This document shows, piece after piece, positions 56,948 to 64,000 of a stretch of DNA of 64,000 nt. Numbering within the stretch: position 1 is the first letter of the stretch; the number at the start of each line of letters is the position of its first letter. The notes under the pieces were generated by a model. That model made no database searches, was not told the DNA's origin, and was given only the letters and a program-made list of their open reading frames with translations. The translations under genes were made by a program, and so were the position numbers. The stretch is from Flaccisagitta enflata (Eukaryota): positions 33,728,001 through 33,792,000 of the forward strand of contig OZ231126.1 in assembly GCA_965153355.1 (NCBI GenBank). Direction: 5' to 3'.

Positions 56948-57752
56948 AAAAGTCGAAGTCAGTCTTTGACTATTTGACATATTCGAGAGAAACAGGGTTT
57001 TCATTTTCTTATGCGAAAGATGGGAATCTCCTAGGGCTGATTGGGGCCTCCTATGAAATTGATAGGGTAAGTAAATTTGATAATTCTCTTTCATTTGGCG
57101 CCAAGCAGAATGCTCTACAACAAATATTTTTCGCGTTATGATTTTTTAAAGATTTATTTATGAAAATTGCGAATTGAATTTTTTTAAATTTTTTTATATT
57201 TTAAGTAGGATCAAAAAAGGAGTGTACTTACGTATGTTTGTTTGAGCATGCAAATACAAAAAAACATGTTTATGAGCATAGCTACTCATCTGTGAGGGTG
57301 TTTTTGAGGATTCTAGCTCATTTAGCTCATTAAGCTCAGTTTTTTTTTTTAAATGTGATAAAAGAACAGATATTTTGATACATGTTTAAAAAAGCAGATA
57401 CAAAAAAGTATATCAGTGAGCATAACTGCTCATCTGTGAGGGTGTTTTTAAGCATTTTAGCTCACTTAGCTCATTTAGCTCAGTTTTTTTTCTGATTTTT
57501 AATGAGATAAATAAGTGTTTTGATGGGAGCATGTGAATACAAGAAAGCATGTCAGTGAGCATAGCTGATTGTCTGGTTAAGTGATTTTGAGCATTTTAGC
57601 TCATCTAGCTCATTTGCCTCAGTCCTATTTTTCTCTGATTTTCACTGTAATCAGTATATACAATTGCTCTTGATTTGATCTAATAGAAAAAAAGATTTGC
57701 AGTGACTAAAGACAAAAGCTTGGTGAGAAGTGACCAATGCTTACGACTTTTT
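56948..57752. mobile_element. Dispersed DNA element with gagc/agctca subrepeats; related end at ~14127
   Basis: aaaagtcgaagtcagtctt.gact.tttgacatattcgaga is shared with 14127; inverted end cgactttt at ~57744. Confidence 0.5.
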
Positions 57753-58082
57753 TCCTCACGGCGAAAGCCGCCAGGACTAGTAAAAACTCACCGAAGGGTG
57801 ATTTGTGTTCCCTGGGTGACATGAAACACTAATCCAACACTCAGATCTATCGACACTCACCCCTACCTTATGCGGAGTAACAGACCGCCGTGCGACAAGC
57901 TTCATTCGAGCACGCGATTTTCTTGCCAGTACAGTTGACATACAGTGAATGTCGTCTAGACTTGGAAATACGCTGGAATTAATTACAGGAAGATAAACAA
58001 ACTTAAGATATTTGGAATATAAACTAATAAAAGGATGCTTTATTGCCCATGAGTGTTGGTTGCCATGGAAACACATTTCTAT

Positions 58083-58364
58083 GTATTCACGCTAAAGTAT
58101 CAATATTTTGAGAAATTTTTTGAGGGAACATTGTTTAAAATAAAATTTGCTACAACTTTCCCACGATATGTTCTGTAAGAATATCGTTCGTACGGCAGTT
58201 GCTAGGGAGCATCACAGGGCTGTCACATATAGTTACGCTCCCTAGCAATGGCTAAACGAGCAATATTCTTACAGACTATATTGTGGGAAAGTTGTAGCAA
58301 ATTTTATTTTTAACAATGTTCCCTCAGAAAATTTCTCAAAATATTGATACTTTATCGTGAATAC
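58083..58364. mobile_element. Palindromic MITE with arms of about 125 bp
   Basis: gtattcacgctaaagtatcaatattttgagaaatt... is mirrored by ...aatttctcaaaatattgatactttatcgtgaatac. Confidence 0.8.
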
Positions 58365-58382
58365 GCCTTCCTCCATCGCTAC

Positions 58383-58711
58383 TTACACGACGGGAGTCGC
58401 TTTCCGCCCCGCCGTCATCTTCGGTGTGCCCGTCGGAATTGGCGGCGTCGTCGTTAGCGGCGGCGTCGTCGTCAGCGGCGGCGCCATCGTCGCCGTCGTT
58501 GGCCGTGGCAGTGTCGCCGTGGCGTCTTCGGAATCGCCGGCGTCACTTTCTCGCTCATCACTGGCGTCCCCAACGGCATCCACTTCCTCGACGTCGTCGA
58601 CATTAAAGACTATCCCACTGTTGGAGCCGTCGTCGTCGCCGTCGTTGTCGCAGCTGCTGCCACCACCATCATCATCCGATTCTTCGTCGTCCTCTTGCGA
58701 CGACGACGACG

Positions 58712-58782
<71 letters not shown>

Positions 58783-59500
58783 CGTTGTTGTTGTTGCCTG
58801 ATGATGATTGGCGAGGGCAGTCTGTCGTCTTTTAAGACATCATTAAGTTCCTCTTTCAGCTTCCTTATCTTTCTTTTTTCATTATCGCGCCAGTTTTCCG
58901 CGTCCACACGTCGTTCTTCCACGCGTCGACGATGATCTTCCAACTGCCTTTCCGCAGCCGTGATTTTCTCGATCAAGTCTTTCTCAGTTTCATCTTCCTC
59001 CTGTTTTCTTTCTTTCTCTCCTTCCTCCCACTCCTTGAGGCCGCAGACTGACTCTTCCATCTCACTCTTCTTTCCTTCCACGTTCTCCTTTTCTTTCCTT
59101 TCTTCCTCCCTTTTTCTTTCCTCCTCTTCCTTTCTTCTCCGTTGCTCTTCTTTTCTTTTCCGCTCCTATTCCTTTCTTTTTTGTTCCTCTACTTCCTTTC
59201 TTATTCGTTCCTCTTCTTCCTTTCTTTTCTTTTCTTCCTTCCTTTTTTCTTCCGCCTTTTTCTTCTCCTCTTCCTTTTGTTTCTACTCCTTTTTCTTCTC
59301 CTCTTTTGCTTTTTTCTGTCGAGAGATCGCCTGTTTGACCTGTAGCTTGTACTTGTCGATGATGGCTTGCAGCTGGCTGCAGACCAGGAGCTTTTCTTCC
59401 TCCTTTTCCCGACGTTCCTCTTCCTTTTCCCGCATTCGTCTTTCAACTGCAGGATTCGAAGCCGGTTTTTCGATTTCCTCAGCCACTTCTGCGTCATGAA
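58383..59500 (-). pseudogene. E/K/R-rich coiled-coil plus polyQ/acidic low-complexity frame, interrupted by two in-frame TAG codons
   Basis: ORFs 59283-59486 and 58383-59081 are in the same frame, separated by TAG at 59283-59285 and 59166-59168 within Glu-rich runs. A DINE-like insertion (59505-59626) abuts the 5' side; there is a possible gtaagt donor at 58386. Confidence 0.5.
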
Positions 59501-60897
59501 GAATAACAAGCCCGATCGGGCAACTAGATGCGTCATCTGCGTGATATTAGCAGAGGCGTAACGGACGGACGGACCGACCGACGGACGGACAGACCCTCTT
59601 ATAGAGATGTGATGACGCATCTAAAAACGAGACTTTGCGTGAATACACTTTGACATCCTTCATGATAAACTAATGTCCGAATTTATGGATGCAATAATTC
59701 CCGTATGACAGAGTTGAATCCGTAAATTCATCCAGTTGGGCGAAGAAGAGCGAAGGTTAATTTCTAACTTACGTCGTTGTTTAATCCGCAACGCGCAGTT
59801 TCGTTTCGAAGTCAACGAATCGACGATACATTAATGGTTCTATAAGTAATAAACAGGCATGGATATTATGAATTAATTTGCTATTTCTCCTTCCTTGCTG
59901 CGTTGGTAGATATGTTCATGGATCTCTCTCGCTCGCGCGCGCAACTCAATTCAACCACCCGCTATGTTGCTCGGTCTGTTGGTTGGTATGGGAGTCGGTT
60001 GGTCGGACTGCACCACCGCGCGCGTGCGCGTGCGTGTGAGCGTGTGTATGTGCGTGCGTGCGTGTATGCATGCGTGCGTGCCTGTGTGCGTGCGTGCTTG
60101 CGTGTGTGTGTGAGCACATGCGTGTACGTGGAACGACATCCCCATCCTCGACGATATTGTGACTCTGTTATTAGTATTTTCTCCCTCTTCATACCAAGTG
60201 AAGTTCTTCCTTGTGAAGATTCTTTGTAGCTTTTCCTCCTGTTCCTTCTTATTCGCGTTCGTATTTGTATTTGCCAAATATTGCCAACTTGTTATGAGGA
60301 AACATTCATGAGTCACGTTTTGGCTGTACGATGTAGTATCATAGTTCGATTTTGGTCCAATTAGCAAACGAATACCAAACTGAGACAGCTTAACTTAAAA
60401 TCCATGAGAGAAAGAAAAAAAATTCTTCTGACTTGAGTAAAGAAGGACATCTGCGCTATTGGCATTTTGTAAGTGGAAATTGTTCATGAAAAGAATGTCT
60501 CGAGCCCGGTAGAGATTTTACCCACCCTAAAACTTTTACCGCTGTAAAAATTTTACCGCAGTAAATACTTTACAGTGGTAAAGCTTTTACTGCAGTAAAG
60601 CATTTACCCATGAGGCATGTCGCCCACTGTTTAAAGTTGCTTGGTATTTTCTTTGTCTGTGGAACTAATTGATCCAGGATTCTATCTTTTTGATAACATC
60701 TTAAAAGCACATTGGATAGTATTATGGACCCCAATAGCGTGATCTTTTAGTTTAGTGTCATAGTTGGATTTCCAGCTCAAAGCAAGGTCAGGTCGGTTTG
60801 CACCAATCTCCAAATGAGGTAGGTATAACTTTAAGGATATCAACAGTTTTATAAGAAATGACCTCTTTTGGTTCATGGCATTTCCACTCTTTCCCAC

Positions 60898-60971
<74 letters not shown>

Positions 60972-63224
60972 AACAAAGTTTGTCCAGAGGTCAAACTATG
61001 CGTAACTCGGTCCATTGGACTCAAATTTTTTGTTGCCTTCAATTTTGTCACATTCATAATTTTTTTCGGTTTTATCATGACTGCGGCTGCATTTGGCCTT
61101 TCGGTGATCGATAGTCGATTAACTTTTGCCTTTCTCGAGTCGAGTCCTGCTAAACGACATCAATCAAGCAACAACATTCTTTCCTCCTAACTCACATTCT
61201 CTCCATATGACAGCGTGCCCACGAAGCCAACATTTAGGGAATCAAAATTGGTAAAAATAGAAAAAGTACACGAGTGAAAGTAGAAAAACAAGTGAATGAC
61301 AGTGATTGAGATTAGACATGCATGATATTTGAAAGCAAAATTTGCATCCATTTAGCAAGAGATTCTGATTTAGCTTACACTATTGAAGAAGATTTACTGG
61401 AAATTTCTACAAATTTTTTTTTGTCACTGACAAGGGGTTGGTCGAAATTATAAGTTTGCATAGAAAATGAAAAAATGAAAAAACAAAGAACATAGTTCTC
61501 TTCCTAAATCGTTTCTAGAGAGAACTATGTTTTTGAAAATGCAAAATTCTTCTAGGTGTGGCTTGCTTATAATTTCGACCTCAGAAAATAGAAAAAAATG
61601 TCAACAAGATTTCCCTAAAAATCTTCATTTTCTTCCCATTCTCCGTGAGAATTGCTTTTCAAAAGGCGACTAGAAGTGTAGAATATGAAGCAGACATACA
61701 TATCAAGTGTATCAAGTGACAACTTGAGCAAAGAAAACATTTGTGGATGGATAATTAATCCATTATTGATGCAAAAATGGGGTGAAGCACCTCATTTTTT
61801 TCTGGCAGATTTGACGTCATATTTAGGTTCGTTATTCTTCCTTTTCTCCCATTACCCTCTCCTTTCTTTTCTCTCTTTTTTTCATCCCCTTTTTCTGCTT
61901 CTGCACCCACTTTCCCGACTTCTTTCACTGTTTCATCTGTCTCTCCTTCTCTTTTTAAACTCCCTTTTTGCCTTTCTCAGTCTCATACAGACGGACGGAC
62001 CGACATAGTAAAATGAAGTGAACGCGACTAGAATATTTTTAACAATTAACGAATTTCTCTCTGTCGATCTATCTGCCCGATTGGCTGCGACATCTCTCGA
62101 GACAGGTTGCCCATTGGACCAACTTAATCGTGTTTGTGTGAGAGTGACTGTCAGTGTGAGAGTGTGTAAATAAGTAGCTCGCCACAATTCCCAATGTAGG
62201 GGACAGGAGGTCAAGTTGATTTACCAAAACCTCCACCTTGTTTTTGGGCTCTAGTCAGTGTACGGTAGTGAATTGTATCTAAAATCAAATTCCACCATGT
62301 TGCAACATAGTATGAAGGATATTGTTCCACTTGTCATACTGCCCCTGCTCACGCGCATAATTGCCCTTGTCCACCCAAATTACTGCCCCTGCCCACCCAA
62401 AAGCGGCTACTTATTTGACGTGTGTTCGGACTTGTTGTCTTATCTTTCACCGCCAAAAAATAGTTATACGTCTGCGGAAAATGGCGAAAAAGTTATAATG
62501 CGATCGACCTGAAGGCGAAAAAAATAATTCTTTAACAGCGATTTGACTGCCTGAAGTGAAAAAGAACATTTTTTTTTATTGAAGAGCAATCTCCAATGAT
62601 TTTTTTCAAATCTGATCTAATACGTCAATCCGCCGAAAAGTCGTCCCAAACAGAACGAATTAGCGCGAACAAAACAAGAACGACGACGACGGCACAAACG
62701 ACAACGAGAGAACTGCTGCAGCAGCAGAAGGAAACAAACGAAAATTGAACAAGTAACCATGAGTTACAATATCGTTGCGGACGGGTGGGCAGGGGCTTAC
62801 AACCCCCATTCCCCCATCCTATGCTCACTTACACATATATTCATAACTGCAGCATCATAAATGTGTGTTTCCACACTTATTTACTCGATCACCACGGGCC
62901 AATGGACGGACAGACGGACTTACAAAGCTTCTTATAGAACTGCGTGTCCGCACCTTAAAAAAGAAGAAAGTATAGCAAGAAATTGAAGAAAGAATGGAAC
63001 AAACAAACAAACAAACAAACAAACAAACAAACAAACCAAGAAAAAGAGGCAGAAAAGAACTGAGACACAAAAAAAATTGAACACAAGTGGTGGATTTGGC
63101 GTTGTCATCTGCAGTGTTCTCTTCGCATTTGTGACAGCTCTTTTCCTCACATTCGAGCCTCGACGACGACAAGGCGAAGACGGCGGAAACTCCTCCCACT
63201 TCTTCCTTTTCCATTCCGTTTGAC

Positions 63225-63870
63225 AATGGATGGTAAAATGACGATCTAATGGCACAAACACACACTATGCTGAACTGAATGGAAAATGGTAACATGACTA
63301 TCTTATGGCACAAACACACACTAAGCTGAACTGAATGGAAAATGGCAAAATGACTATCTAATGACACACAACACTAAACTGAACTGAATGGAAAATGGTA
63401 AAATGACTATCTAATGGCACAGACACACACTAAGCTGAACTGAATGGAAAATGGTACAATGACAATCTAATGGCACAAACATACATTAAGCTAAATTGAA
63501 TGGAAATGGTACAATGACGATTTAATGGCACAGACGCACAGATTACTTAACTAAATGGTAAATGGTAAAATAACGATCTAATGGCACAAACAAACAAGCT
63601 GAACTGAATGGAAATTGACGCAATAAGGATCTTATGGCTCAGGCACACAGATGGCTACACTGAATGGAAAATGGTTCAATGACGATCTAATGGCACTGAC
63701 ACACAGTAAGCTAAATCAAATGGAAAACATTGAAATGACAATCTAAAGGCACTGACTCACAGTAAGCTGAACAGAATGGCAAATAGTAAAATGACTACCT
63801 AATAGCACAGACACAGAATGAGTTAAAGATGCTAGGGGACGATCTAATGGCATAGACTGAACTGAATAGC
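63225..63870. repeat. Minisatellite, unit of about 56-58 bp, about 11 degenerate copies
   Basis: Recurring aactgaatggaaaatggtaaaatgacgatctaatggcacaaacacacactaagctg. Confidence 0.85.
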
Positions 63871-64000
63871 AAAAGGCAAAGATGATAGTATAATGACCCG
63901 GGCACACCCTTAAAGTTACAACAAAAACATTTCTTTATAATGCATATTTGTCAAACACCTGTACAAAGAATTTGAGTGACTAATATAATCAAACAACGTT

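Noticed and set aside
59166-59285. TAG-to-Glu genetic code reassignment
   Set aside because: Well-supported genes in the window end at TAG; two stops in a low-complexity frame are better explained by mutation or sequencing error.
62855-63367. 170-aa - strand ORF
   Set aside because: It spans a minisatellite, an (AAAC)n tract and a DINE-like element, and has no recognisable domain.

Overview
This is eukaryotic, probably marine-invertebrate, DNA with GT-AG introns, dense microsatellites and many nested MITEs and Helentron-like elements. The organism cannot be identified from the sequence alone. I built four spliced gene models by hand. (1) A 5'-truncated + strand gene (699-5462) with degenerate tandem globin-like domains, a long disordered region and a Cys-rich C-terminus. 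(2) A small - strand gene missed by the ORF track (about 10884-6097), encoding signal peptide + RFRR propeptide + an 86-aa, 10-Cys peptide with an ShK-like end. (3) A six-exon, 898-aa BCCT-family (BetP/BetT/CaiT-like) transporter (16184-25317). (4) The highlight: a complete TATA/Inr-driven, four-exon gene (27734-34278) for a 1032-aa secreted precursor. It carries 38 related Trp-headed, Asn/Ser/Ala-rich peptides of about 18-21 aa between KR/KK sites, many with a Gly amidation signal. I do not recognise this peptide family, and its strictly alternating conservation suggests beta-strand or amyloid-like assembly. The rest of the window is mostly transposon debris: R4/Dong-like LINE, Tc1, Chapaev-like, hAT, MULE, Academ-like and foldback elements. 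It also holds a CCAAT/ETS promoter with no identified CDS and a stop-interrupted low-complexity ORF. All family calls come from recognising motifs by eye; no database search was run.
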